From Octopus vulgaris (lineage: Eukaryota), in contig OX597832.1 in assembly GCA_951406725.2 (NCBI GenBank), positions 3,534,001 through 3,598,000 on the forward strand: a stretch of DNA of 64,000 nt. The letters run 5' to 3'. Below the pieces are notes generated by a model that was given only the letters and a program-made list of their open reading frames with translations, was not told the DNA's origin and did not search any database. This document shows positions 1-13,254 of this stretch, piece after piece (position 1 is the stretch's first letter; every line of letters starts with the position of its first letter). The position numbers and the translations under genes were made by a program.

Positions 1-1392
1 AAAAGAAAATACAATGTGTACCATAGATGAGTAAACAAAAAAAATGGTACATACTGTATGGAAAATGGAACTCGGGAGGCAAGTGTGTGGTGTTGTTTTG
101 CATTTATAATGAAATAAATATAAACAAATTATAAAAATTTTTTTAAATATACAACACCTATTTTCACCTATGGGGACATAACATCCTTGATAATTGAAGG
201 ATTACTGTACTGATTTTTGTCTCATACTTCCACCATTAAATGAAGAACATGCAAGAATCAAAATGGTATTTCTATCTCTCATAGTAACTTTATACAACCA
301 TTATTATACATTTCCTGGGTTTAGATAGAACATAATCTATAATTCTATCATAAAGCATCTATAGATGAAGAACAAATTGATCATTGTAACGAATAATGTA
401 GCTCACAAATTTAGACTGACTGAATATCTTTTAAGACTTTGTCTCAGACAAAAGTCGTCACCAATTAGCACAAACACCATTCTCTGGATGGTTGCCTGGA
501 GGCTGGTATTCTTTTCTATCTACTCTAATTAAGGCACTTATCAATTTTAATGCTTTTAACAAAAATTCCTGTAATAACCAGATGAGATTTGGGTGGTAAT
601 AGTCACCTCTTGAAACAAATACTAGCTAGTTCTGTTGTTAACTTGCAATGAGGGAGGTTAGGACTTGTAGCCTCAAATCAACCTACTTAGAAGATTTTAT
701 CAGTTTTTGTGTAGGTGTGAGAACGAAGAGTTTCAACAGCTTCATCTTCCAGATTTTCTGTTAGTCACTAAGTCAGCTTGCCACATATGGAAATTAGACA
801 CTAATGCATTCTTTGACATATGAGAGTCTGTTTTAATGGTCTTGTTTACAAGAAGGAACAACAGCTCGCGTTTCGCCCAGACATCACTCTAAGCAAACTA
901 TGTTCATATAAAAATATAAGCAATCCCTGTTCATTGTGTATCGAAGACTTATTATAAAGATGTTGCTGCCTTGAACGACTGTTCTACCAAATAAGTTATG
1001 TTATCATTTCCTTATAAAAATTATTTAACTCTTGGACTATCAATAAATGGTCTAATTTACACAAATTTTATAATATTGTTGCGATATATATTAACAGTTG
1101 TTTGTTTGGCAATAATTCATGTTTGATGATAATTCATGTATTTAAAATTGCATTTTATAATAGAGAAAATATTCTATATAGTCATTAAAAAATATAGTAT
1201 ATTAGTGACGTACTATTTCTAGGAATATATAATATATTATTTAGCTTCAGATCAATATTATGAAGATCTTTAGTTTTTCATAGTAAAGTTGACATTAGTG
1301 GGCATACTTTAGTTTATTTTAGCCATTATGACCAAGGTGGGAGCACCATGCATATAAATGCTCTTGCAGTAAACACCTTGATCTTTTTTCAG

Positions 1393-1396
<4 letters not shown>

Positions 1397-1449
<53 letters not shown>
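1397..1449. repeat. (TA)n microsatellite, representative of many (e.g. 20652-20695, 28195-28232, 38040-38086, 44755-44795, 46843-46890, 50892-50930)
   Basis: Directly visible dinucleotide tracts; they generate the YIYIYI ORFs. Confidence 0.97.
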
Positions 1450-1453
<4 letters not shown>

Positions 1454-2139
1454 ATGTATAAGACTACATAATCTGTTAAGACTGAGTTATTTGAAAGAAA
1501 TTTGGTTGCTCCTTGTAGCATATCAGGCCATTGCTAAGAACCTTTCTCACTGAATTGAGCTAAAAAAAAATATATATATATTCATAGACACAGTGAACAG
1601 AAAATTAATATTAACAAGGTTTATGTCATTCCAAAGGATGAAAGCAAAATAAATGGGTTACAAATCTGTGCACTGATTATCTCTAGTAGGGAGTGATTAT
1701 AGTTGTCTACTTCTTTAAAAAGTTCACTGACTGTCAAATCTATGATTTTCACAACTCACAACAACTACTTATGCAATGTGAGACAAGCCTTCGATGGCTG
1801 TGCTTCCTAATCTGAAATGCTGGCACCAATCTTGGCTTTGTATACTTCTCAAATAATCATCCTCGTAAGCCTCTTGCAATGTTATCTCTCAATTTGAAAC
1901 AGAATTCTACACAATGCTGATCATTCAAATCCATTACTGTTCAATATGCAATAAATCACCACATAATGAGGCATGTATTCACCCTGTCACATATAGATTG
2001 ATGACTAATGAACGTGATATGATGTAATTATTATTAGACTGTAGAACAAGACTGCCTACATATAGCTCTGGAGTTTCAACCATGCTGCACTGGCTGGTGC
2101 ATTGATTTAAAAGTTCAGTTCTTTTTGGTCAAACCCTGT

Positions 2140-2345
2140 ATGTATGTGTGCACGTATGTGTTTGTATGAAGGTTTCTTTGTGTATGTGTGTGTGTATGTA
2201 TTTGTGTGTGTGTTTGCATGTGTTTCTTTGTGTGTGTGTGTATGTATGTGTGTATGCATACATGTATGTATCTATGTATGCATGTGTGTATACACAGATG
2301 TATGTATGCAAGCATGTATGCAGGTATGTATGCATGTATGTATGC
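2140..2345. repeat. Compound (TG)n/(TATG)n microsatellite
   Basis: Directly visible; similar tracts at 11340-11432, 13170-13270, 21340-21400, 33085-33180, 45630-45710. Confidence 0.95.
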
Positions 2346-2830
2346 TCAACGATGTAGACTCAGTTGATTAATTAAACTGAACTATTTATTTTTAGGCAGA
2401 ATGACTGAGTATTAAGGCTGTACCTTTGATTTACAGGTGTAATCCATCTGATGGGTTTCTAAACACTTTTTGTGCACTTGGTTTTCCTTTTACGATATGG
2501 GGTGACTAGAGACAACAGAGAATGACATCTGTGCAAGATGCCGTGAAATGGAACCAAAACTGAGACCTTGTGGTTGCAAAGTGAACCTTTTTTCTTATCA
2601 TTTGGCCATAGGGCACTGAATGATAGACAGCTAAGTTCTTTTCACACAAATATAACTCCAGCTAGCTCTGTTTCACACTACTTTTGAAAATCATGATATT
2701 ATGAAACTGGTTAAGTGAAAGTAAATGTAAATATACCTTATTCTAAGTACATTTCCAACTTTTCTAGATATATGTGCGTATTTACATGTAAGTATAGTAA
2801 CTTACACATGCACACACACACACACACACA

Positions 2831-2928
2831 CTCCCCACCCCCACACACTCCCCACCCCACACACTCCCCACCCCACACACTCCCCACCCCACACACTCCC
2901 CACCCCACACACTCCCCACCCCACACAC
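2831..2928. repeat. 16-bp minisatellite (CTCCCCACCCCACACA) x6
   Basis: Six near-perfect tandem units grown out of a (CA)n tract. Confidence 0.95.
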
Positions 2929-4672
2929 AAACATTAACAGATGATTTAAACCAAACAATTTCAAGAAGTTCCCATGATTGCTCCACTGTAAATTTCCCCC
3001 TTTTCTATACTGGGGTACATCTGTTACACTTGATACTTGAAATCTTCAGCAATGCTATCCTAATACTTGGCCCAAGTTGAAGTGGATTAGATGGTTCACA
3101 GCATTTTAGTGGTGAGGCAAAAAGAACCCAAAATCCCTTGGCTCTTTGAAATAGAAAAAACTTTTGACCATGTTGTAACCCACTGGGCATCACTATCCAG
3201 AAATCTAAGTATGAAATATATATTTATAAGTGATGAGAAATTCTGTTGACTACCCAAATGAATTTGAACCTCATACTTTATAGGAAAGTCATACAAAGAT
3301 AAGTTCATGTTGACTGACATATACAATATACCATCTTCCATTGTCAAAACTTATGTTAGGTTAGCCTTCAGTAGTAGAAGCACTTTGGTTTTTGTCGCCT
3401 TTGCTTTTTGTTCTACGTATGATATGGTGGGATGTGAGATCACGTTTTTGCAATGGGTTTATACTAGTACAGTTTGAAAGAGGCTGTAGATCTTGTGCTA
3501 GTTGGACTTAGTGTTTGTAGTGAAGTATATATCTGTAGGCTATATTTCAAGTGGACAGCAACTTGTTGAATGTTTGGATCTCTTCATTGATGAGAAAAAC
3601 CAAAAAGTACAAGAATGCATCATTTCTGTTGATACATTGCTTCCATTCTCTAGTGATTTTCTCTAAAAGGAATAGCCATGTTCACTTGTTTGGGTTTCTT
3701 CAGCAAATGGTTTAGAAATCATTTGTTTTCTTCAAATAAAGTGAATCCCTGTTGAGGGAGTCAGAGATACCATGACTCTGGCTTTTAACAATACTGAAAT
3801 GTTTAGAAGCTCTGTAGTTATTATGGAATCAATTTGATTGGAATGATTCTTATTTGTTAGTCAAAATGAAATGTATGCATGTGTCAAAGCCCACCATTTT
3901 TTTGTGGAATAGTAATGGAAACATTATTTGTAGCAACTTGCTTTAAAAATGAAGACACGCAGTTGTCACCATAGTTTGAACTTGTATCCATAAAACTTGA
4001 ATCCTGGTTAAACTGAAATCAGCTGATATGTTAATTTCTGTGGCCCAGGCACATACCAGCATAATCAGCAGCTGGACTTCATTAATCAAGTCTTCTAAGT
4101 CTTTTTACTACTTGACTTCTAGAGAGAAAGAGAAAGGAAAGCAGAGAGATGAATGAGATGTTAATAGTATTTGAGTGGCAAAGACAGACAGCAAAGCTTA
4201 CAAGAGAGATATAAAGAATGTTAAAGTATAGGACCAAGAGAGATACAAACAGAAAGTATGTGAGATAGAGGATAGCGGAGTAGGGGAAAGTAAATGGATT
4301 TGATGATTGTGAAGTGGTAAGAGAGAAAAGATATAAAGAAATAGAAATTTTAAAGTTCAATCTTCCTGTGACATAAGTTAGAGATATTGACATGAGTTAT
4401 TCCAATAACTGTTTGTGGAATGGACCTAATAAAATTAGCTAGAGTATATGTGATATTTCATATTTAAATCTGATATGACTATTTCTACTTGGATATTGGT
4501 ACAACCTCAGATTTGAAATTGAATCTACAATTTCCTCCTATTGTTCTGTCAATATTTTCTTAATATTTTCTATGCCATGAAAAGTTAAAATAGATAATGA
4601 GTGACTTACATTAATTTATCCATTGTTAGAGTGGTATACCTCTTTTTGTACCAGCTCTGTGTAAGTACGGTG

Positions 4673-5504
4673 TCTATAAAATTCACTGTGTGTGTGTGCA
4701 TGTGTGAGAGTGAGAGTGTGTGTATGTGTGTGTTTTCTCTATGCATGGCCAAACTGCTGGATCAATCTGTACCAAATTTGGCATAAAGGTTTTTCATAGT
4801 TTTGGGAAGGTTCTAAGGGGAGAGGGGTCACTAAATTTTAAACTTTTTTTCAAAAACAGAAATATGTTTTACATATCTGTTGTATATGTTGGTTTTGTTT
4901 TTTACGCTTTAAAGGTAAGCAACTCTGATAGAAGCAAACACAAAATTGAATAATTCTCCATCATACATTTACAACCTTCACCTTTTTTTTTTAAAAGTAA
5001 AGATAAAGGCCTTTTAATTGTGATAATGAACCAAGAGGTTTAGTCCTTAATCTTGGGAAATATAAGGGTGACAATGTCTTCATTCCATGGATCCCATTAA
5101 TCCTATCTGACCCCCTCTATGAATTTAAATGGTTCCAGTTCCCAGTTAAACTACGTTTTGCTATGTCCATAAACAACTCTCAAGCACAATCTCTCAATAT
5201 TGTTAGACTTAACCTTGCTTCTCCTTGCTTCTCTCATGGACAATTATCTGTAGGATGTTCATGAGTTGGAAGTCCCAAAACTTTTTTCTTTTTACACCAA
5301 TTAAAGGACACACTGAAAACATTGTATATTTAGAAGTTCTACAAAATTAAACTGTGATTGATTTCAGAATTTGTTTTAAAAACTTTGTTTATACTCACAT
5401 CATCTGATAGAATTTTTCTGAAAATATATTTTTTATCAGAATAAATGTATTTATTTCCTTTAACATTCTTTAAACTTCTGAGCAATGCTGGGTACTTAAG
5501 CTAG
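4673..5504 (+). mobile_element. Putative non-autonomous Helitron-like element
   Basis: Starts TC, has an internal (TG)n and a ctgctggatcaatctgtaccaaatttggcat block, and ends gagcaatgctgggtacttaagCTAG|T; no TSD seen. Confidence 0.45.
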
Positions 5505-6356
5505 TATATGATAAAACTAGCTGTGAGTGAGCAGTGCTATGACAAAACATATCCACACAGAACAGAAAATGAGTTTTCCATTATGAAACGTCATTATATT
5601 ATGGAAAGAGCCAAACACCTCTAATGAATTCACCATCTGTTGTGTGTGTGTGAGCACATGCAGCATTCACTTAGTACACCCAGAATATATACTCCAACAA
5701 TACCGATACTCAAAGATGGTGGCAGAAGTCAACAGTGGCAGTCACAAATCTATTAAGACAATGGGTATAACAACAGATGGGTATGACGATAGAGAGGCAT
5801 AACAATAGAGGGGTATAACAATGGAAGAGTACAATAATAGATGAATTATTTATTGTTCAATGTGATTAGCAAGTAAAATCATTAACACTCAAGAAAAGCA
5901 GTGTTGTCGTAAAATATATTTGAAATATTGTATCAGGGGAGTAATTTGATTGTTGCTAAAACAAGAAAGTGGGTTACTATGCAATTTATACATGACTGCT
6001 CATATCTAAGTAGCAACTTTGATAGATTTTGCTTGGGATATTTTTAAGAATTTAGTTGTGACATTATATTTAGAATAAAATTATTACATTTACTATGTAT
6101 TTCTTGGTTCTTTAAACAGTTTCATTGTAGCATGTTAAAAATTATCAGCTTCTTTTCTGCGCACATTCTTTCCCGACAACCTCTACCTGCTGCCAATTGA
6201 AATGTGGAGCTTTCAATTGGCAGCAAATGGTTTATAAGTTTCTCATAGAAAGAGAAATCAATAGATTTTTCTGTATTAATAAAGTCATTTGTTAAGCCTG
6301 CTAGTTTTGAATAAACATTTGGTCTAATTAATATCCCTTTTTAAAAATTCTTTTAG

Positions 6357-6437
6357 GGTCATGATGGAAAACCTGGAAGGCCTGGAATTGCTGGAGGCCC
6401 TGGAGAGATTGGTTTACCTGGTTTAAATGGTATTAAG
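6357..6437 (+). CDS. COL4A1: Collagen IV exon w1 (81 nt, phase 0/0)
   Basis: ttttag|[27 protein letters not shown]|gtaggt. Confidence 0.93.
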
Positions 6438-7311
6438 GTAGGTTTATTTTAAAATAAAATTAGTTATTTCTGTAGTGATATATTTAATTGTGATACTTTG
6501 AATATTGTAATATGATTATATCCAATGATAAGTATGTTTTTTTATGATTGTTCTATGTCAAAATAGTTATTATTCATTAGATAATATATTATCCTAGGTT
6601 TTCTTTTTATAGTTACAAATAGTTAAATATCTGATTAATTATCTACATTTCACTTGTAGTTATTGAATATATAAGATTTCCATGAAAATGTAATGAATAC
6701 AAGTATTTAATGATATTCTCAAATAATTAAATAATTATCCATATATGTCAAATTGAATCTCTTTTGCAAACACTAAGCATACTAGTTCTATTCACACCAA
6801 CACAAATAATGCTGTATAGAAATTTACATGATGTTGACAAATTAATCAAAAATAGTGCTTTTGATATGAAATATTGTTCTGTATTCATGAAAATTAGGGC
6901 CAGCCTGGTGAACTGTTATTTATTGGCAGAATGAAAGGTGACAGAGGTGAAGATGGACAACAAGGATTTCCAGTATGTATATATCTTTCGAGCGAATTTC
7001 TTTTTATTTTCAATATTCTATATGAAATACATTTAATCCAGTTTTTTTTTGTCAATGTCAATAAATACTAAAAGAACAGTAATTTTGTTGAGTATTCTAC
7101 CAGTTTTTAAGTTGGTTTAAACAATATTTTCATTATTATTGTTAAAAAGATCTTGATCAGCCATATCTAAGCCTCTTATAAAATGTCAGTCATATGATAT
7201 TTCAATGTTCATAAGCCAAGCCATCATAATAAGAGAATGCTGTTGTCATGAAATCAGAGAAAGATTCTAGATGAACTTCTCCCTATTGACTGAATGAGGA
7301 TGAAGAAGATG

Positions 7312-7346
<35 letters not shown>

Positions 7347-7558
7347 CCTTTCTACTATAGGCACAAGGCCTGAAATTTGTGAGGAAGGGACTAGTTGATT
7401 ACATTGACCCTATTGTTTCACTGGTTCTTAATTTATTGACCCTGAAAAGATGAAAGGAAAAGGTGACATCAGTAGAATTTGAACTCAGAACATAAAGACG
7501 GACAAAATATCACTTAGCATTTTGCTTGGTGTGCTAACAATTCTGCTAGCTTGCTGCC

Positions 7559-7602
<44 letters not shown>

Positions 7603-10600
7603 CCTCCTATAAGCACAAGGCCTGAAATAGCGTTTCACAGGCACTTAATTTACCAACCCTGAAAAGATGAAAGGCAAAGATAACCCTGGCAGAATATGTA
7701 CTCAGAACGTAAAGATGGATGAAATGCCACTAAGCATTTTGCCTGGAATGCTAACAATTCTGCTAGCTTGCCACTTTAATAATAATAATAATAATAATAA
7801 GACTCGTGAAAACCAAAGCCATCCCCATTAGAAGAGGAATATTCCAGGGAGACATGCTCTCCCCACTCCTTTTCTGCTTGGTACTGTCACCTCTATCTGA
7901 TATGCTAAATAGAACTGGATGCGGATATAAATGTTATGGCGAAACGATCAGCCACCTTTTATATATGGATGACCTAAAACTATACGCTACAAATGACAAA
8001 CAGCTGGAAACATTATTAAAGACAGTTCATGGATTCACCAAAGAAATAGATATGAAATTTGGATTAGAAAAATGCGCCAAAGTAACCCTGAAAAGAGGAA
8101 AACTAGTTAAGAGTAGCAACATCACACTAGACAAAGCCAATGAAATAAGAGAATTAGACCAAAGCCAAACTTACAAATATTTAGGAATCCATGAACTAGA
8201 TAAGACACAACACACACAAATGAAAGAGAAAATAAAGAAAGAATACTATAGATGAGTTAGATCAATACTAAAAACAGAGCTCAATGCTAAAAACAAGATA
8301 ATAGGTATTAACACTTTAGCCGTCCCAGTTATAAGTTACAGCTACAATATCCTTAACTGGACGCTAAATGAACTAACCAAAATCGATAGGAAAACAAGAA
8401 AAATAATGACAGGATCTAGGATGCATCACCCAAAATCTGACATAGAAAGGCTATATATACAACGTATAGAAGGTGGTAGAGGCCTTATACAGCTGGAAAA
8501 CTACTATAAAATAGCCACCATAGGACTGCAAAAATACCTACTTCAGAAGCAAGGAAAACTGATACAAATAGCAGCAAAACACGAGCAAAACAAAAAACTG
8601 TTCTCAGTATTTAAGGAAGCTGACAAATACAAACAAGAAACCATACCACCTAACAAATATGAAGAAGAAGATGAAGAAATAACAAAAGCTATAAAACAAA
8701 TGAAATCCAAACTAAAACTAGAACAGCTACGAACCATGATAAAATGATGGCAAGAAAAGCCCCTAATGGCAAATACTGGACTAAACTAAATGCAAAAGAA
8801 ATAGACATAGAACAATCCCAGCAATGGTTGAGAAGCTCAGGACTCAAAGCAGAGACAGAGGGATTTTTAATTGCAGCACAAGACCAAAGCCTCCCCACCA
8901 GAAATTACCAAAAACATGTAATGAAAAGAAATATAACAAGTAACTGCAGAATATGTGGAGATAGACAAGAAACAATAAATCATATTATCTCTGGCTGCCC
9001 AGTCTTGGCTAAGAAGGAATATATTCACAGACACGACAGAGTTGGGAGCTACATACACTGGAAGCTATGCCAACATTATGGAATAACAACAGAAAAAAGA
9101 TGGTATAGGCACACACCAGAAAAGGTCACAGAAAATGAGAAAGCAGTGTGTATTATCATGAAATAAAGATTATTTAAAGGCCTTTATAATTTGATTAAAA
9201 TTATTAAAATTATCCTGTAAAGGATTTTCTCATTGTGACTACCATAATAAATAATGACAAAAATGTCTTCTAATAATACATTGTTATACTAACAAAATTA
9301 TTTATCAATAATTTTGTTTATTGATAAATAGTTTAAATATAGAAAAGGAAAATACAAAAAGCTTAATATGTATATTAAATATGCACATCTTTGCGAGTGA
9401 GGGGCAAAAGTTCAGTCAGCTTCCCTCCCCAAAGCCCTAGACTCTTGTGCTTACACTACAAGGGAGTGCTGAAAAGTTCCTGGCTTTAAGGGTATTGCAG
9501 AAGGCCTGGTTGGTGGCCAAACCTTCCAAGTTCTTTTACAGGGTTTAGAAAAACTGAAGGTCCACTGCAATAAGTGTGTGAATCTGAGAGGGGAATATGT
9601 TGAATAAAATCATAATTAACTGATCCACCTGTATTTTCCTTTACCCAAAGCCAGGAACTTTTCAGCACCTGCTTCATACTCACACCATGGCAGCTTTTAT
9701 GCATCAGTTATAATAGTCACTACCATTTTCCTTCATCTTCCACTATAACCTACAATGTAATCTTTTAGAGTATCACTTTACTCACTGTCATGGTTGTGTG
9801 TTAAAGAAATTCCCTTTGCATTCTCATATTTCTGTGTTCAATCTCACAACATAAACCATTGGGGAAATGTAATTGAATACACTGAAACTGCACAGATACT
9901 TATCAGATGGATTATGTCTGCTCTTGGTGGTATATTTAAATTTGTCCACTTTAACACCATCACCCAGTCCTTGCAAGCCTTTAGCATAGTTTACACTACT
10001 GCAAGCAAGCAATAAGACTAAGTTTCTAGTCTGAAGATAATTTGAAATCATATTAAACTGCTTCCTATCCAAGAGTCATGGTTTTTGTTAGCTTTTGCCA
10101 CCTAGTTTTGGAAGCTATGGATTATACCCTGGGTACTGCCCATCTTTGTATAACCATGGTATAAAGAAAATTTCATTAAAACACCCGCTAAGAAAGAGAA
10201 AAACAACTGAATCTCTTTACTCTTTTACTTGTTTCAGTCATTTGACTGTGGCCATGCTGGAGCACCGCCTTTAGTCGAGCAAATCGACCCCGGGACTTAT
10301 TCTTTGTAAGATCAGTACTTATTCTATCGGTCTCTTTTGCCGAACCGCTAATCTGTTACTTTTGCATTATCAAAGTTTATATTTTTTGAGAACTTGTACT
10401 CTGGAAAGCAATCATAACTGAAGAGACTGAAGGTGGCAAAGATGTGCGGGTGATTGCAACTGTTAAGCAAGTTTTGTAATTAAACATTTTCTTTTACTTA
10501 TTGTATCCATTTTCATATTATGATGTTTATGAATTTCAACTACTACTCTTTTATATGTATTGATGTTTTCTATTTCAATTTACAATAAAATATTAAGAAT

Positions 10601-11338
10601 TTTGTAACTAACACTCTTTAATTCTTATAAAATTGGTATTTTACATTGTTTGTAGGGTGTTCCTGGTTTTGGTGGTTTTGCTGGAGCCAGAGGTCCACCA
10701 GGTATAATCGGTCCTATGGTAGGTAACTTTTAAGCACAATAATATGTAGCTTTCCTCTGCAATGAATGAATAGGGATTAAGTGTACATGAAATGAGAAAC
10801 ATTTGACATTTGCAGCCAAAGAGCATAACTCTGAAGAATAATTTTTCATTACATTGCATTTTTGGTATGACTTTAGTCTGTATTCAGTTTAAGAGTTCCA
10901 TTGTTTTGAATAGTGAAGAACAACCTCTTAGTCACTAGTGTTCTCATGGCTACTGTGACTTGGTGTAATAGCACTTGCCACAGGATTAAATATCATATGT
11001 GATGATGTTCTACATGAACATAGGGATGCAAAAATACTTAGTCAGGGTGCACAGTAAAAGTACTTGAAGTGAGGCACTCCTAGCTGTTGTCACAGTATCC
11101 ATGTCTTTTTATGGTGACTACTGTTTGTCATTCTACTTACTGAATGTCCTATGACAATAAACTTAACCAGCTGGAAGTGCAAAGGAAGTTACAACTTTTG
11201 TCTGTCATCTGTGCTTCAAGCCATGCAGATCTGCAATGGGACTGAGATGTCATGGATGGAAAATCAGAAATGCCACTGATAACAATGAAGCACAAGGGGA
11301 CAGCAATCATCTGTAAAGATGGAGCAATCAGTATATAA

Positions 11339-11371
<33 letters not shown>

Positions 11372-13220
11372 TGTATGTATGTATGTATGTATGTATGTGT
11401 GTGTTTGTGTGTTTGTGTGTGTGTGTGTGTGTGAATCTTTGTGTTTGTCTCTTACTACTTGATAACCAGTGTTGATTTGTTTACAGATCATAATTTCATA
11501 GTTCAGCAAGAAGAGTCTGACTGGGTTGACTTTATTGACTTTGATGGGTTTAGTCAACCAAATACATAATGGGGTTGGGTAAAATAATGGTAACATCTTG
11601 TTAAATGGATGTCTTATTATTCAATACAAAGTTGATCAATCTTTGGCATCAACCAGTTGAGGAATTGATTCATACAAGTTCTAAATGGTTGTTGCAGGGA
11701 ATTTTGAACCATTCTTCAAGTAAAATGGGCTTTAGCTCTTTCAGTAACGAAGGTTCAGAGAAGTGACACTTTAGGTCTTGTACCAATATGCATCATAAAT
11801 GTTTGATTATATTAAGATCTGGTGACTGTGGGGACAAAACCAAGTTGTCTACTACATGTATGTGCCCTTTGTGTGAATTTAGGATAATACTAGCCATGTA
11901 AATTAACACATTTCATCCTTGAAAGTTGTGCTATCATCAGGGAACAATGTTTATAGAATGGATATGAACAGCCAAAATACTCAAATAAATCTTAGCATTA
12001 CCTCTGCCATGTAGCGCTACTAAAGAGAATTCCATGATATAGCTTTTTCCAAAATATTTTTTTAATCATAGTTTTAATATACGGATAGTATAATTTTGAC
12101 ATAATTTTCAGACAAAAGGTGTGTGATTTAAAGAAAATTAAGCTGTTGTTTCTAGCATATTCCACAACCACTTGGTACTGTCTTCATTTCCTTGTCACTG
12201 ACATATATTGTTGTTTACCAATATTTTTCTCCCTGTAAACACATTTTATGAAATGACGATACAGTGGTCGACTGACTGACTGATGGGATTGAAGCAATAA
12301 CAAAAAATTATTTAAATCTTTAGCTCCACCCTACATTAAGCAAGTCCGCATGTATTTGCATGTGTACAAAACAGCATTTACTAACAGAAAAGTTTGCTGT
12401 TAAAATAAATCTTTTGCCTTTTTTAAATCACTCCTTAATGAAATTCCTTATGTGCACATGCACACACTGACAAATTCACAGAGTGAGCGATAAACTTTTA
12501 TAGAGAACAACTAAAAGATTACAAATGACAAATGAATGAAACAGAATAAAATCTGAAATGATGAAATGATAAGTATTCTTCACAAAAAAGATGTTTCTCT
12601 ATGTCAGTGTATGTGTACGTCAAAAAGTTGATGTTTTATTTTTTTTAGAGAGTGATAGAAAGTGAGAGAGAGAGAGCAAAGTCTATGTGTGTGTGTATAT
12701 GTCACAAATAGTGTACGTGTGTTTGTGTTGATTCACACACCATGGCATTCATTATCTGTTTGTGTATTCTGTATGTGTGTTGACATCATGGAAGCCATGT
12801 TTCTTTTTGTCAAGAAATAACAAACAAAAATTGTGAAAAATCAATCGTTTTCATTAATAAATAGAGGTCCAAATATCACAAAACCTCATACTGTACTGCA
12901 TAATGTATGAAAATATATATATGTAAAATATTAAGATATAATATACTATTTCTGAAATATTTTGAGAACAAACATCTAGAGTTTTAGATAGCTAAAGGCA
13001 GTAAAAGAGAGGAAAAGAAAAACTGAGGGCTTTATCATGAAATACAAGTCATACACAATACATATAGAGATGTATATACAGACTAGAACAATTATGAATC
13101 TGTCACACTTCCAATAGCAGAATATAGTTAAATAAAAAGTGGTATTTCCATTATTTTGTTGTACCACATATGTATGTGCATGTGTGTGTGTGTGTGTGTT
13201 TGTGTGTGCATGTGCATGTG

Positions 13221-13254
<34 letters not shown>

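Noticed and set aside
855-940. GAAACGCG motif on the minus strand resembling a PLE hammerhead half
   Set aside because: No UH cleavage site and no matching CUGANGA or stem I
5760-5845. Degenerate ~17-bp tandem repeat (gggtataacaatagag-like)
   Set aside because: Short, decayed, no evident function
1-6356. Additional collagen exons or a bidirectional COL4 promoter
   Set aside because: No Gly-X-Y, signal peptide or 7S cysteine exon and no promoter signature seen; treated as probable intron
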